A stretch of 64,000 nt of DNA, from assembly GCA_964535675.1 (NCBI GenBank), contig CAZHTD010000004.1:31447-95446 (forward strand), in the 5' to 3' direction. The notes beneath the pieces are model-generated. The model saw only the letters and a program-made list of their open reading frames with translations. It did no database searches and was not told where the DNA came from. Position numbers and translations under genes: made by a program. This document shows, piece by piece, positions 26,399 through 36,918 of the stretch (positions are counted from its first letter, which is position 1; the number at the start of each line of letters is the position of its first letter). The DNA comes from an uncultured Bifidobacteriaceae bacterium. GTDB taxonomy: Bacteria > Acidobacteriota > Vicinamibacteria > Vicinamibacterales > UBA2999.

Positions 26399-27496
26399 AT
26401 GCTGCCCACCGTCGACCTCGAGACGCTCACCTTCGCCGAGCCGCGCTGGCTGTGGCTGCTGGTTGTGCCGGCCAGCCTGCTGCTGGTCTGGACCTGGCGC
26501 CTGCTGGCCTACCGTCGTGACGCGGTGCGGATGACGCGCGGCCGGCAGTCGCCGCTGCCCGTCCGGCTGCCGCTGGTCGGCGATGCCGTGTGCTGGCTGC
26601 TGGCCATCGCCACCGTCGCATCCCTGCTCGTGGCCCTCGCCCGCCCCCAGCTCGTGACCGCGCTGGTGCGCTCGGGCGGCGTGGACATCATGGTTCTGCT
26701 CGATGGCTCGGCCTCGATGCACGTGCCCGACGTGGAGGGCGACCGCTGGCAGCGCTCGGTGCGCTTCCTGCGCACCCTCGGCGACTCCCTGAGCTGGGAG
26801 GACGATCGCGTGGCGCTTACGCTGTTCGCCCACATCGCCGCGCCGCAGATCCGGCTCACGCGCGACCCCAACACGTTTTTCTTCTTCCTCGACCACCTCG
26901 ACACCGTCTCGCCCTTCCCGCTCGAGGACGACACGACGTGGGACACCAACATCGAACTCGGTGTCTACTGGGGGATGCGGGTCATCGACAAGGACGAGGA
27001 GCTGCGCGGGGAGCCGTCGGCCAACGCCGCCGCGTTCGTACTGCTCACCGACGGCCAGGCGTGGAGCGGCGAGGTGGAGAACTCGCTGGCCACGACCGCC
27101 GAGCGCGGCCTGCCGGTGCACGTGGTGGGCGTGGGCACGACCGCCGGCGGGATCATCCCGGACCCGCTGGCCGCAGCCCGCGGCGCCCAGCCCATGCTGT
27201 CGCGGCTCGATCGGACCTCTCTCCGCCAGATCGCCGAGGCCACCGGCGGCCGGTACTTCGAGATCGGGACCGCCTCGGATCTCGACATCGCCAACGAGAT
27301 CGTCGGCGCCACGCGCGCCCGGTCGACGGCAACGGCGACCGAGCCCAGGATGGAGGAGCTGTACTGGCCGTTCCTGCTGGCCGCCCTCGTGCTGGCGGCG
27401 GGCCACGTGCTGGTCCTGCGTGACCGATCGGCGCTATTGCTCCAGATCGCCGGCGGCGCGTTGACCGCCGCGAGCCTTTCGGCCGTGCTCCTCTAG
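26399..27496 (+). CDS. VWA-domain membrane protein (BatB-like, BatA_N-type N-terminus)
   Basis: 365 aa. N-terminus FAEPRWLWLLVVPASLLLVW, MIDAS VLLDGSASM, C-terminal TMs. Confidence 0.85.
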   Translation: MLPTVDLETLTFAEPRWLWLLVVPASLLLVWTWRLLAYRRDAVRMTRGRQSPLPVRLPLVGDAVCWLLAIATVASLLVALARPQLVTALVRSGGVDIMVLLDGSASMHVPDVEGDRWQRSVRFLRTLGDSLSWEDDRVALTLFAHIAAPQIRLTRDPNTFFFFLDHLDTVSPFPLEDDTTWDTNIELGVYWGMRVIDKDEELRGEPSANAAAFVLLTDGQAWSGEVENSLATTAERGLPVHVVGVGTTAGGIIPDPLAAARGAQPMLSRLDRTSLRQIAEATGGRYFEIGTASDLDIANEIVGATRARSTATATEPRMEELYWPFLLAALVLAAGHVLVLRDRSALLLQIAGGALTAASLSAVLL

Positions 27497-27758
27497 GGCG
27501 CGAGCGGCGCCTCGGGGAACGGCCGCGGGCCCTGTGTTCCGCGTCAGGGCCACGACCCGCGCGGTGGCCGAGGGTGTCTCCGCCTGGATCCACTCATGCA
27601 GCGCGATGCCCCCTGGGACACGGCAGCCAAATGTCGCACAGCGCGAGGTCGTCTCTGCGCTCCGCCGCGCAACCCTGAGGCACCGCGTTGCGTGTTGGGG
27701 CAAGGGCCGGGGCATCCCCTTGGTGAGCCGGCTCCGCGGGCCTGCGGTTCGCCGTGTG

Positions 27759-28781
27759 CTAGGTCGAGTAGGGGCACGCCACGAGGCGCCCGTGGCGGAG
27801 CTCGAGCGGCGGCATCGTCTCGGCGCAGGCCAGCTGGGCAATCGGGCAGCGGGTGCGGAACGGGCACCCCGACGGCTTGTTGAGCGGGGACGGCTGGTCG
27901 CCAGACGGGGCCGCCTCCCGCAGCCGACGGTTCGTGGGATCGGGTCTCGGCACGGCCGACAGCAGCAAGCGTGAGTAGGGGTGCAGCGGCCGCCGGTAGA
28001 TCTCCTCGGCCGGCCCGGCCTCCACGATGGCGCCGAGGTACATCACCATGATCCGGTCCGACACGTGGCGCACGACCGACAGATCGTGCGAGATGAACAC
28101 GTAGGCCAACCCGAACTCGTCCTGCAGATCCTGCAGCAGGTTGATCACCTGGGCCTGCACCGACACGTCCAGCGCGCTGACGGGCTCGTCGGTGATCACG
28201 ACCTTCGGATTGGTGGCCAGCGCGCGGGCGATGCCGATGCGCTGGCGCTGCCCCCCGGAGAACTCGTGCGGGTAGCGCGCGGCGTACTCCGGCGCCAAGC
28301 CCACCTTCTCGAGCAGCCACCGGACCCGGTCCCGTCGCTCGGCCAGCGTCTGCGTCGTGTGGAGGCGGAGCGGCTCGTCGATGATGCGCTCGACGGTCAT
28401 GCGCGGATTCAGCGAGGCATAGGGATCCTGAAACACCATCTGCAGATCGGCCCGATAGGGCCGCATCTGCCGGTGCCCGAGCGTGGCGAGGTCCACGCCT
28501 GCGCCCCCGCGGCGATAGATGATCCGCCCGTCCACCTCTACCTTGTAGTTCATCGGCCGCAGGATGTTCACGATGGCCCGCCCCACCGTGGTCTTCCCGC
28601 ACCCCGACTCGCCCACCAGACCCACGGTCTCGCCCTGCGCCAGGTCCAGCGACACGCCGTCGACGGCCCTGACCTCGCCCCGCTTCCGGGCAAACACACC
28701 GCCGGTGACGGGGAACCGGACGGTGAGGTCGCGCACCTCGAGCAAGGGCGGGGAGGACACAGTCACGAGACCAGGTGGCAT
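27759..28781 (-). CDS. oligopeptide/dipeptide ABC transporter ATP-binding protein (OppF/DppF-like)
   Basis: Walker A GESGCGKT, signature LSGGQRQR, Walker B VITDEPVSALD, and the Opp C-terminal motif PLHPYSRLLLSAVP with CPFRTRCP. Confidence 0.92.
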   Translation of the reverse strand: MPPGLVTVSSPPLLEVRDLTVRFPVTGGVFARKRGEVRAVDGVSLDLAQGETVGLVGESGCGKTTVGRAIVNILRPMNYKVEVDGRIIYRRGGAGVDLATLGHRQMRPYRADLQMVFQDPYASLNPRMTVERIIDEPLRLHTTQTLAERRDRVRWLLEKVGLAPEYAARYPHEFSGGQRQRIGIARALATNPKVVITDEPVSALDVSVQAQVINLLQDLQDEFGLAYVFISHDLSVVRHVSDRIMVMYLGAIVEAGPAEEIYRRPLHPYSRLLLSAVPRPDPTNRRLREAAPSGDQPSPLNKPSGCPFRTRCPIAQLACAETMPPLELRHGRLVACPYST

Positions 28782-29737
28782 CGCACGAGGTGACCGGGCG
28801 ACACCTCAATCAACTCAGGCTCGCGGGCCGCGCAGAGCTCAAAGCGCTCAGGGCAGCGGGAGCCGAACTTGCACCCGCCCGGGAGGTGCATGATGTCGGG
28901 CACCGACCCCGGGATCGTCGTCAGCCGGCGCGCGCGCGCGCCGTCGACCCGCGGCAGCGACGCGAGCAGCCCCTGCGTGTACGGGTGCAGTGGGTTCTCG
29001 AACAGCTCGACGACGGGCGCCACCTCCTGGATCTTGCCGCCATACATCACGCCCACGCGGTCGCACGTCTCAGCCACGACCGCCAGGTTGTGCGTAATCA
29101 ACAGGACGGATGCGCCCTTGCGTCGCTCCTTCAGCGTCAGCATCAGCGAGAGGATCTGGGCCTGGATGGTCACGTCGAGCGCCGTCGTCGGCTCGTCCGC
29201 GATCAGCAGCGCCGGATCGAGCGCGAGCGCGATGGCGATCATCACCCGCTGCCGCATGCCGCCGGACAGCTCGTGCGGGTACTGGTCGAGCCGCGTCTCG
29301 GGGTCCGGGAGGCCGACTTGACGCAGCATCTCGATCGCACGCGCGCGCACAGCGCTCCGCGCGGCCTTCTCGTGCGTCAGGATCACCTCAGCCACTTGGC
29401 GCCCAATGGTGAAGACCGGGTTCAGCGAGGTCATCGGCTCCTGGAAGATCATGCTGATCTGACGGCCGCGCACCCGGCGAATGTCCTCCCACGGCAGTGA
29501 CAGCAGCTCCTGCCCGTTGAAGTGGATCGTGCCCGCGACGATGCGCCCCGGAGGCTGCGGCACGAGGCGCAGGATGCTGAGCGCCGTGACGCTCTTGCCC
29601 GAGCCGGACTCGCCGACTAGCCCGAACACCTCGCCAACCCGAATGTCGAGGTCGACGCCGTCAACCGCTTTCGCAACGCCGGCCTCGGTGTCGAAGTGCG
29701 TACGAAGCCCGCGGATCGCAAGCAGGGGTGTCGCCAT
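28763..29737 (-). CDS. oligopeptide/dipeptide ABC transporter ATP-binding protein (OppD/DppD-like)
   Basis: Real start at [11 protein letters not shown] (ATG 29735-29737). [42 protein letters not shown]. The 564-aa track ORF is an in-frame extension into oppC. Confidence 0.92.
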   Translation of the reverse strand: MATPLLAIRGLRTHFDTEAGVAKAVDGVDLDIRVGEVFGLVGESGSGKSVTALSILRLVPQPPGRIVAGTIHFNGQELLSLPWEDIRRVRGRQISMIFQEPMTSLNPVFTIGRQVAEVILTHEKAARSAVRARAIEMLRQVGLPDPETRLDQYPHELSGGMRQRVMIAIALALDPALLIADEPTTALDVTIQAQILSLMLTLKERRKGASVLLITHNLAVVAETCDRVGVMYGGKIQEVAPVVELFENPLHPYTQGLLASLPRVDGARARRLTTIPGSVPDIMHLPGGCKFGSRCPERFELCAAREPELIEVSPGHLVRCHLVS

Positions 29738-29739
29738 GC

Positions 29740-30846
29740 CTATCGGAGCCGGGAGTACTCCCGGGGATCGAAGGCCTCGCGCACGGCCTCCCCGATGAAG
29801 ACCACGAGCAACAGCGTCGCAAACATGACGCCCAAGGGGAAGAACACCAGCCACCAGCGCCGCAGGTTCTCCATGCCCTGGTTGATCAGCTCGCCCCAGC
29901 TGGGCGTCGGGGCTGGCAGACCGAAGCCCAGAAAGTCGAGCGCCACCAGCGTCGTGATGTTGGCCACCAAGATGAACGGCGCAAACGAGACCACGGGGGT
30001 CAGTGAATTCGGGAGGATGTGGTGGAACATGATGCCCGCCCGGGACACGCCCGTGACGATTGCCGCGCCAACGTAGTCTTTGGCCTTCTCGCGATAGAAC
30101 TCGCCACGCATGTAGTACGTGATGCCGATCCACTCGAACATCGCCAGGATGCCGATCAGCAGCCAGAACGATGGCTGCAGCAGGAGATTCCGCCCGGGGA
30201 GGTAGATCGGGACGACCACCGAGCTGACGATGATGATGGTGTAGAGAAATGGCAGAGCGGACCAGATCTCGATCAGCCGCTGCCCCAGGATATCGGTTCG
30301 GCCTCCGAAATAGCCCAGCATCGAGCCGACGATCATGCCGAACCCCACGCCGATCGTCATCACCAGCAGCGCAAACGAGAGCGACACGTTGAAGCCGTAA
30401 GCCAGGCGGGCGAACACGTCGCGCCCACGGTCGTCGGTCCCGAAGATGTGCGGCCACTGCGGCGTGTGCGGAGGGAACCCGTCCAACTCGAACAGCGATT
30501 CGGTGGGACTGTAAGGGTAGGGCGGCAGCAGCACCCAGTCGTCACCGCCCTCCTCGCGGAAGTGCTCGCGCAGCGCGCGGTAGTTGGGCTCCCCGAACCC
30601 TTCGGCGCCGAAGGTGGACGCATCATAGAACTGGCGGATCGGAAAGAAGTACTCACCGTCGTAGTGGACGACGATCGCCTTGTCGTTGACCAGCAGGGGC
30701 AGCAGCAGCGACAGCACGAACGCGCCTGCCAGCACGAGGAACGAGTAGTAGCCCCGCTTCAGGCGGCGGAACTTCCGAAGGCGCTTGCGGAAGATGGATT
30801 CGGGGCGGGCTGTGGGCGACGCGTCGCCGGGGACGCCGTGGCTCAT
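29740..30846 (-). CDS. peptide ABC transporter permease (OppC-like)
   Basis: 368 aa. N-terminal OppC extension, BPD-transporter core with TDDRGRDVFARL and an EAA-like loop. Confidence 0.9.
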   Translation of the reverse strand: MSHGVPGDASPTARPESIFRKRLRKFRRLKRGYYSFLVLAGAFVLSLLLPLLVNDKAIVVHYDGEYFFPIRQFYDASTFGAEGFGEPNYRALREHFREEGGDDWVLLPPYPYSPTESLFELDGFPPHTPQWPHIFGTDDRGRDVFARLAYGFNVSLSFALLVMTIGVGFGMIVGSMLGYFGGRTDILGQRLIEIWSALPFLYTIIIVSSVVVPIYLPGRNLLLQPSFWLLIGILAMFEWIGITYYMRGEFYREKAKDYVGAAIVTGVSRAGIMFHHILPNSLTPVVSFAPFILVANITTLVALDFLGFGLPAPTPSWGELINQGMENLRRWWLVFFPLGVMFATLLLVVFIGEAVREAFDPREYSRLR

Positions 30847-31862
30847 TTGAAGCGAATGCGGGGATCAACGACGACGTAGATCACGTCGGAGATGATGTTG
30901 CCCAGCAGCATCAGCATGCTCGAGATCACGAGGATCCCGAGCGCCACGGGATAGTCACGCTGCAGGATGGCGTTGTACCCCAGATAGCCCATGCCATCAA
31001 TGTTGAACACCCGCTCGATGAGGAAGGAACCCGCGAGCAAGATGCTGAAGAAGTGCCCCAGCCCGGTGGCGATGGGAATCAGCGAGTTGCGCAGCGCATG
31101 CACGAAGACCACGCGCCGCTCCGACAGGCCCTTCGCGAAGGCCGTGCGCACGTAGTCCTGCCCTAGGTTCTCCATCAGCGAGTTTTTCATGAGAATCGTC
31201 AGCGTGGCGAACGACCCCACCATGTAGCAGAGGACCGGCAGGAACATGTGTTCGGCCTGGGCCGCCACCTTCTCGACGAGGCCAAGCGACTCCCAGTTGG
31301 TCGGCCTGAACCCGCCGAGCGGAAACACCTCCCAGAACGAACCGCCGCCCAGGAGGACCAGCAGCGCCGTGCCCAGCGCCCACCCGGGTACCGAGTAGCC
31401 CATGAACACGATGAAACTGCTGAGGAAGTCGAACCGTGAGCCGTGCCTCACGGCCTTGAGCACGCCGAGGGGAATACAGATCAGATAGCTGAGCAGGAAC
31501 CCGGTGAGTCCCAGTGTGATCGACACGGGAAACCGCGATCTGATGACGTCCCAGACGGGATCCTGGTAGGTGTAGGACCGACCGAGGTCCAGGCGGACAA
31601 CGTTCCACAGCCAATTGACGTATCGGATGTGCACGGGCTGGTCGAACCCGTAGAACTCCCGCATCTGCTCGAGTGCGGCCGGCGGGATCTCGGTAGCGAC
31701 CTGCCCCGCCGCGCCGCCCTGCGCCATGGCCATGCGGAACTGCATGATCTGACGCTCGATCGGCCCGCCGGGCACGAAGTGCATCACCACGAAGGCCACC
31801 ATCGTCACCCCGATGAACGTCGGGATGACGAGGAGCAGCCGTCGCAGGAAGTAGCTGCCCAT
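30843..31862 (-). CDS. peptide ABC transporter permease (OppB-like)
   Basis: 339 aa. MGSYFLRRLLLVIPTFIGVTMVAFVVMHFVPGGP, YVRTAFAKGLSERRVVFVHALRNSLIPI. 4-nt overlap with the downstream permease. Confidence 0.92.
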   Translation of the reverse strand: MGSYFLRRLLLVIPTFIGVTMVAFVVMHFVPGGPIERQIMQFRMAMAQGGAAGQVATEIPPAALEQMREFYGFDQPVHIRYVNWLWNVVRLDLGRSYTYQDPVWDVIRSRFPVSITLGLTGFLLSYLICIPLGVLKAVRHGSRFDFLSSFIVFMGYSVPGWALGTALLVLLGGGSFWEVFPLGGFRPTNWESLGLVEKVAAQAEHMFLPVLCYMVGSFATLTILMKNSLMENLGQDYVRTAFAKGLSERRVVFVHALRNSLIPIATGLGHFFSILLAGSFLIERVFNIDGMGYLGYNAILQRDYPVALGILVISSMLMLLGNIISDVIYVVVDPRIRFK

Positions 31863-31871
31863 CGACCCGGC

Positions 31872-33836
31872 CTACTGGTTAGGGTTCTGCTGCTCCTCGA
31901 CGCGTGCGAACTCCAGCCAGTACCGGTCGTCGCTCTCCCCCGCCTCGAGCTGGATGGAGTCGTCGTCCCGCGCCACTTGCAGCTGCTGATCCCTGGCCGG
32001 GTCGAACCACCACAGGCTCAGGGGATCCCTGTAGTCACCGATCCGGGTGATCAGGCCGTCTGGCTGCCCGAACTTGTTCCAGTACACGATGCGCTCGAAG
32101 GGCGCGTACCACTCCAGGATGAACGGGTGCACGTCGGTCACGATGCCGTCGAGCTCGCGCAGCAGCGTGGCCCGGCGCGACACCTCGAACTCCCTCTCGT
32201 ACTCGGCGATGATCTCGTCGACGCGTTCGTTCTTGAAACCCGTCACGTTGGTCGACGCGCGCTGGTCGGCCATCACGGAGCTCCAGAACTGCTCCGGCAG
32301 CGGAAACGGCCCCCCGCCGCCGTAGGCCACCGAGAACATGCCGAACTGGAACTCATCGAGCAGCCCGAACCCGGTTTCCGGGGTCACGAACCGCAGGTTC
32401 AGCCCGATCCCGACGCGCCGCAGGTCCTCCTGGAAAATGGTGAAGAAACGCTCGGAGCCACGGTCGTAATACAGCAGTTCCAGGTTCAGCGGCACGCCGT
32501 CGCGCACGAGCTGCCCCTGGGCATTGCGCTCCGACCAGCCAGCCTCGGCCAGGAGCCGGACCGCCTCAGCCGGGTCGTACGCGATCACCTCGTTGTCGGG
32601 ATTCGCGTAGATGGTTCCCGGGTAGACCGAGTCCTGCGGGATGTACTCATTGAACATCAGCTGCTCGAGCATCTGCTCGCGATTGAATAGGTGGCGCAGC
32701 GCCTGGCGGACGTTCGGTTCGTCGTAGGGGGGACGACGCATGTTGAAGGCGATGCCCTGGATGCTCTGCGGCGCGTGGTTCCAGATCTTCCGCTTCTGCA
32801 TCAGGCCGCGCTGGATCTCCTCGAACTCGAGTTCCTCGTACCACATCTGCGCCCGTGTGACGCGGAAGTAGTCGAGGTCGCCCCGCCGGACCATCTCGAA
32901 CTCGAGGTTCTGGTCGCGTACGACGATCTCCTCGATTTCATCGAAGTTGCCGGTCCCGACACTGGCCCGGGCGTCTTCCGCCCAGTAATCGTCCCGGCGG
33001 CTGATGGTAATCGAGTTGCCCGGGTCCAGCCCCTCGGGATGCACGAGGTACGGCCCCGTGCCCGGCAGCATCTGGTTGTTGTAGTCGCGCACGTAGGTCT
33101 CGCCGTCGATCTCGTTCAGGACGTGCGCCGGGTAGACCGGGAGGCCCGAGAAGTAGTAGAAGCCGGTCCAGCCGGGCTCAAGCGCGCGCACGCGCACGAT
33201 ATAGGAGCTCTCGGCCACAGGCTCCTCGAAACCGCTGTAGAGCGCGTTGCGGAATGGGTCCTGCACGCTGGGATCGACCATGAGGCGCCAGGTCGCCACC
33301 ACGTCCTCGGCGGTCACGGACGCACCGTCGCTGAACCGGGCGTTCGGGTTCAGGCGGAACCGGAAGGTCACACCGTCGTCGAGGATCTGCCAGTGGGTTG
33401 CCACCGACGGGATGTACTCAAGCGTGGTCGGGTGCAGGCCCAGGAGCGACTCGTAGACCAGACCATGCAGGGTCTGGTTCCAGACCGACAGGTTCGGTCC
33501 GATGTACCGCAGCGTGGCCGGATAATCACGCACGGCCTCGCGGAACACGCCGCCTCTGACGGCCCGCGGATCGCCGATCAGGTCAAAGTCCACGTTGGTC
33601 TCCCAGCCCTCGCCCGTGAAGCCGGCCCCGCCGTCTTCAGCCGATACGCCAGGATCGGCCCCTGCGTCAGCGTTCGGGAATACCGGATAGTCGTTCGGGT
33701 CCAGCGAGACAGCCGTGCGGTCGACCAACACAGCCGTCGGCGCATCGGCCGTGCCGGGGTCATCTGCTCCGCCGCCGCCGCAGGCCGCCAGCATCGCCGC
33801 CGTCAGGACGCACGCCGTCTTCAGCACTCCCCGCAT
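31872..33836 (-). CDS. family-5 peptide ABC substrate-binding lipoprotein
   Basis: ATG 33836 has GGGGGAG upstream. Lipobox LAACGGG. SBP_bac_5-like body (e.g. SDGASVTAEDVVATW). Confidence 0.88.
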   Translation of the reverse strand: MRGVLKTACVLTAAMLAACGGGGADDPGTADAPTAVLVDRTAVSLDPNDYPVFPNADAGADPGVSAEDGGAGFTGEGWETNVDFDLIGDPRAVRGGVFREAVRDYPATLRYIGPNLSVWNQTLHGLVYESLLGLHPTTLEYIPSVATHWQILDDGVTFRFRLNPNARFSDGASVTAEDVVATWRLMVDPSVQDPFRNALYSGFEEPVAESSYIVRVRALEPGWTGFYYFSGLPVYPAHVLNEIDGETYVRDYNNQMLPGTGPYLVHPEGLDPGNSITISRRDDYWAEDARASVGTGNFDEIEEIVVRDQNLEFEMVRRGDLDYFRVTRAQMWYEELEFEEIQRGLMQKRKIWNHAPQSIQGIAFNMRRPPYDEPNVRQALRHLFNREQMLEQLMFNEYIPQDSVYPGTIYANPDNEVIAYDPAEAVRLLAEAGWSERNAQGQLVRDGVPLNLELLYYDRGSERFFTIFQEDLRRVGIGLNLRFVTPETGFGLLDEFQFGMFSVAYGGGGPFPLPEQFWSSVMADQRASTNVTGFKNERVDEIIAEYEREFEVSRRATLLRELDGIVTDVHPFILEWYAPFERIVYWNKFGQPDGLITRIGDYRDPLSLWWFDPARDQQLQVARDDDSIQLEAGESDDRYWLEFARVEEQQNPNQ

Positions 33837-33914
33837 CGCAACTCCCCCTAGAAACACCATCTCGCCGGTGGCAGTCCCGCGATTCTACCAGCCAAGTCTG
33901 TGACCCCGTCAGCC

Positions 33915-35087
33915 TTAACGTTCTGGCATACGACCGAAGTGGGCTCCGTCCCCCTGCCGCGTGGTGATCGGCTTGCTCGCCTCACCGAAATAGAGCGAGA
34001 GGTGCGGGAACGGAATTTCAATGCCGCGGGCATCGAAGGCCTTCTTGATCCGGCGCCGGAATTCGCGGGCGATCGCCCACTGCTCGATCGGCTTGGTCTT
34101 GAACCGGACCTTGATGGTCACCTGGGAGTCGGCGAAGTCATCCACGCCCAGCACCTCGAGCGGCTCCAGGATCGCCCGGCCGTGATCGGGGTCCGCCTCC
34201 AGCGCGGCCGCCACCTGCTGCAGGACCTCCACCACCTGATCGGTGTCCTCCTTGTACGCCACGCCGATGTCGAGCACCGCGAACGAAAAGTCCTTTGTCA
34301 GGTTCGACAACGTGGTGATCGATCCGTTGGGGAACACGTGCACGGTGCCGCTCAGGTCACGCAACGTGATGGTGCGCAGCCGGATGCGCTCGACGAGGCC
34401 GCCCTGCCCGTTGATCTGGATGACGTCCCCGACGCGCACCTGGTTCTCCAGCAGGAGGAAGAAGCCGGCGATCAAGTCCTTGACCAGCGTCTGTGCACCG
34501 AAACCCACAGCAAGACCAACCACGCCGGCGCCGGTCAGGATCGGCACGATGTCGATGTTCAGTTCCCGCAGGATCATCAGGGTCGCCACGCTGATCACGA
34601 GCACGCCGATGGCATTCTTCAGGAGTTGCCCGAGGGTCTGGGCTCGCTTGACCTGCTCGATGACGGCAACGTCCGTCTCACCGTCGTGTATCCGCGCCTC
34701 CTTGAGATCCGCGGTGGCCGCCGCGACAATCCGGAGCAAGACCCAGGCCAGCAGCGCGATGATCAGCACGCGCAGCCCCGAGCTCAGCGCCCAGTCGATG
34801 AGCGACGCAGGCGACAAGCCAAACGGCAGCATCACGCCCGCCAACGCCAGCGCCGGTGCCGCCAGCGCCAGCACCACCACCACGAACAGCGTCAGGCGCA
34901 CCAGCTGGATCGGCCGACGGACGACGGGGCTCCGCGGATCCAGTGGGCTGTCGGTCATCGCGGCGAGCGCGCTCCGTGTGAGTCGCGCCCCGATCTCCGC
35001 GACGACATAGGCGCCGACGATGACGCCGACAAGCGCCGACGCCAACTCCATCATCCCCACGCCCTGCCCGACCAGATCCTCCAGCAT
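33915..35087 (-). CDS. mechanosensitive ion channel (MscS family)
   Basis: Start at MLEDLVGQG. TMs followed by the MscS core GVVGLAVGFGAQTLVKDLIAGFFLLLENQVRVGDVIQI. Confidence 0.88.
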   Translation of the reverse strand: MLEDLVGQGVGMMELASALVGVIVGAYVVAEIGARLTRSALAAMTDSPLDPRSPVVRRPIQLVRLTLFVVVVLALAAPALALAGVMLPFGLSPASLIDWALSSGLRVLIIALLAWVLLRIVAAATADLKEARIHDGETDVAVIEQVKRAQTLGQLLKNAIGVLVISVATLMILRELNIDIVPILTGAGVVGLAVGFGAQTLVKDLIAGFFLLLENQVRVGDVIQINGQGGLVERIRLRTITLRDLSGTVHVFPNGSITTLSNLTKDFSFAVLDIGVAYKEDTDQVVEVLQQVAAALEADPDHGRAILEPLEVLGVDDFADSQVTIKVRFKTKPIEQWAIAREFRRRIKKAFDARGIEIPFPHLSLYFGEASKPITTRQGDGAHFGRMPER

Positions 35088-35498
35088 CCGCGCGTCTTCC
35101 TTCTGTCCTCGTCCTAGAGTACCCGCGACGGCGCCCCACGGCCGCATGCCAGCGATGGGGTGCTGGCCTCGCCACGCGCTCACTCGCCAGGAGCGCGGCG
35201 TTCACACCTGCTGTAGCTGGCGCCCGCCACCCTCCGCGTCGAGTCCCTTCCGCCACGGCCCGCTGACGGCGATGGCGCTTGTCATCGACAGCTCCCTGCC
35301 GCGCTTCCCGATCATCGCCGAGGCGCTCGGGCCTAACGACCGCGCCGGTGCAGATCACGGCAGCCGCGTACGTGTGCGGACTGGCGTCCGGCCACGCCTC
35401 CTACGGCACGGACGCAGACTGGCTCGATCGACAGCTGCCGCGCCGCTCCGCGTCCCACAGGCCCTGCGACACGCGGTGTTCCGACCCTGACGTGCTCA

Positions 35499-36260
35499 TC
35501 AGAACGAGCGGGTGTAGCCCATCTGGATGCTGACCTCGCGCACACCGACGGTGTGATCGATGCGCGGCATCCCGAGCGCCGACCCATCCCCTCCGGTGCG
35601 GAACTCCAGATCGGCCGCCGAGTATCGGACCTCCAGCCCGACGCGGTTCGCCACACGTCCCCACTCCACGCCCGCCCCGGCCACCCACGGCCGCAACGTG
35701 TGATCGGCCACGACCCGGAGAGTTTCCCCACCAATGTCCGACCCGCGCCGCACGGTCGCCCTCACCCAGTGCAGGCCGGTCACGACATAGACCGAGCCAC
35801 CTTCGCCCAGCAGCCCACCCGGCGTATAGCCCAGCCGGGCGTTGCCGCCAAAGCCACGCTTCTTCTTCACGCTCCAGGGACCCGGCCACACGTCTCGGTC
35901 TCCAACGCCAGTACCCTCCCGCAGGTAGCCCGCCGGACCGGCGCCGCCGTGGAACGCTGCCTCAAACTCCCCCGCGACATACACTCGACCGGCGACGAAG
36001 GTCCGGTAGCCGAGCGACGGTCGCACCGTGCCGAACCCGTCCTGCGCGTCGTTCGTCGCCGCCTCGTAGCTCGCGGGCAGCACGTCGAGGCCGATTCCCT
36101 TGGTGTAGGCGGCGCGCGTCCGATCCCACCCGGCCGCGAGTCCGGCGTACAGGCCTTCCTGCGCATCTGCGTACCGCGTGGCCGCGAGCACCAGAACGCA
36201 CGTCGCGAGCAGCGTCCGTCGGCACGCGGGTGGCCAACCACCGCACAAGCTCGATCGCAT
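35499..36260 (-). CDS. outer-membrane beta-barrel protein
   Basis: Signal peptide ends ...LAATRYADA/QE. Alternating beta-strand pattern and a C-terminal ...MGYTRSF (terminal Phe). Confidence 0.65.
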   Translation of the reverse strand: MRSSLCGGWPPACRRTLLATCVLVLAATRYADAQEGLYAGLAAGWDRTRAAYTKGIGLDVLPASYEAATNDAQDGFGTVRPSLGYRTFVAGRVYVAGEFEAAFHGGAGPAGYLREGTGVGDRDVWPGPWSVKKKRGFGGNARLGYTPGGLLGEGGSVYVVTGLHWVRATVRRGSDIGGETLRVVADHTLRPWVAGAGVEWGRVANRVGLEVRYSAADLEFRTGGDGSALGMPRIDHTVGVREVSIQMGYTRSF

Positions 36261-36459
36261 CCAACACCTCACTGCTGTCAATTGCATCGATCCTACTCGG
36301 GGGGCGCTGTCGGATGGCCAACCTGGACCAGGACCACTCCGAACACGATCGACCGTGCTCCCGCGCTGCGTTCGAGACGGACTTGTCGTGGATCTCTCCT
36401 GACGATCTACGGTATGGCCTCGGCACCGGGCACGACACCCGACGAGCCGACGTGAGCAG

Positions 36460-36918
36460 CTACCGGATGAGCGGGCGCGCCACCGGCATCCCCGGCCACG
36501 GAATCGACACGAGGATGATCAGCAGCACGAGGCCGAAGAGGATGGCCGCGGTCTTGAAGCGGCCCGAGTCCCCGACCGCGCGGCGCAGCCGCACCCGCGC
36601 GATGTGCGCGAGCGAGATGGCCACGAGCATCCCGAGCGGGTGCTCTACGGTGAAGTACCGCATCGTCTGATCGCCCATGGCTGCGCCGAGGTCGGCAAAG
36701 GCCTGCGCGGTGAACGGACTGAGGCCTGCGTAGAGAATCAGGCCGAAGAGCAGCTCCACGTCGAGGCCGATCGTGAACAACAAGCCGCTCAGGTCATCGG
36801 TCGCCGTCCAGCGGCGCCCGCCCATCCACCCGCGCAACGCCCGGGCCACGGCCACCACGCCAGCAATGATGATCAGCCAGCGAAACAGCGAGTGGAGCCA
36901 GAGGACGGCCGGATACAC
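36460..36918 (-). CDS. conserved inner-membrane protein (4 TM, 152 aa)
   Basis: MYPAVLWLHSLFRWLIIIAGVVAV... with four hydrophobic spans. The family is not named from memory. Confidence 0.6.
   Translation of the reverse strand: MYPAVLWLHSLFRWLIIIAGVVAVARALRGWMGGRRWTATDDLSGLLFTIGLDVELLFGLILYAGLSPFTAQAFADLGAAMGDQTMRYFTVEHPLGMLVAISLAHIARVRLRRAVGDSGRFKTAAILFGLVLLIILVSIPWPGMPVARPLIR

Noticed and set aside
28763-30457. 564-aa ORF extending oppD upstream
   Set aside because: The first 240 residues overlap the oppC permease gene in another frame and are not protein-like. The OppD homology begins at [11 protein letters not shown] (29737).
27759-33836. Two Opp-type operons (27759-33836 and 59867-64000) as a recent duplication
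   Set aside because: Protein sequences of the corresponding subunits differ substantially (for example the SBPs and OppD N-termini). They look like ordinary old paralogues, which are common in peptide-scavenging bacteria.
35260-35533. Short plus-strand frames (MALVIDSSLPRFPIIAEALG..., ...APVQITAAAYVCGLASGHASYGTDADWLDRQL) between the MscS and OMP genes
   Set aside because: The snippets look protein-like but are under 35 residues each, lie in different frames, and match no family I recognise. I could not distinguish them from chance.
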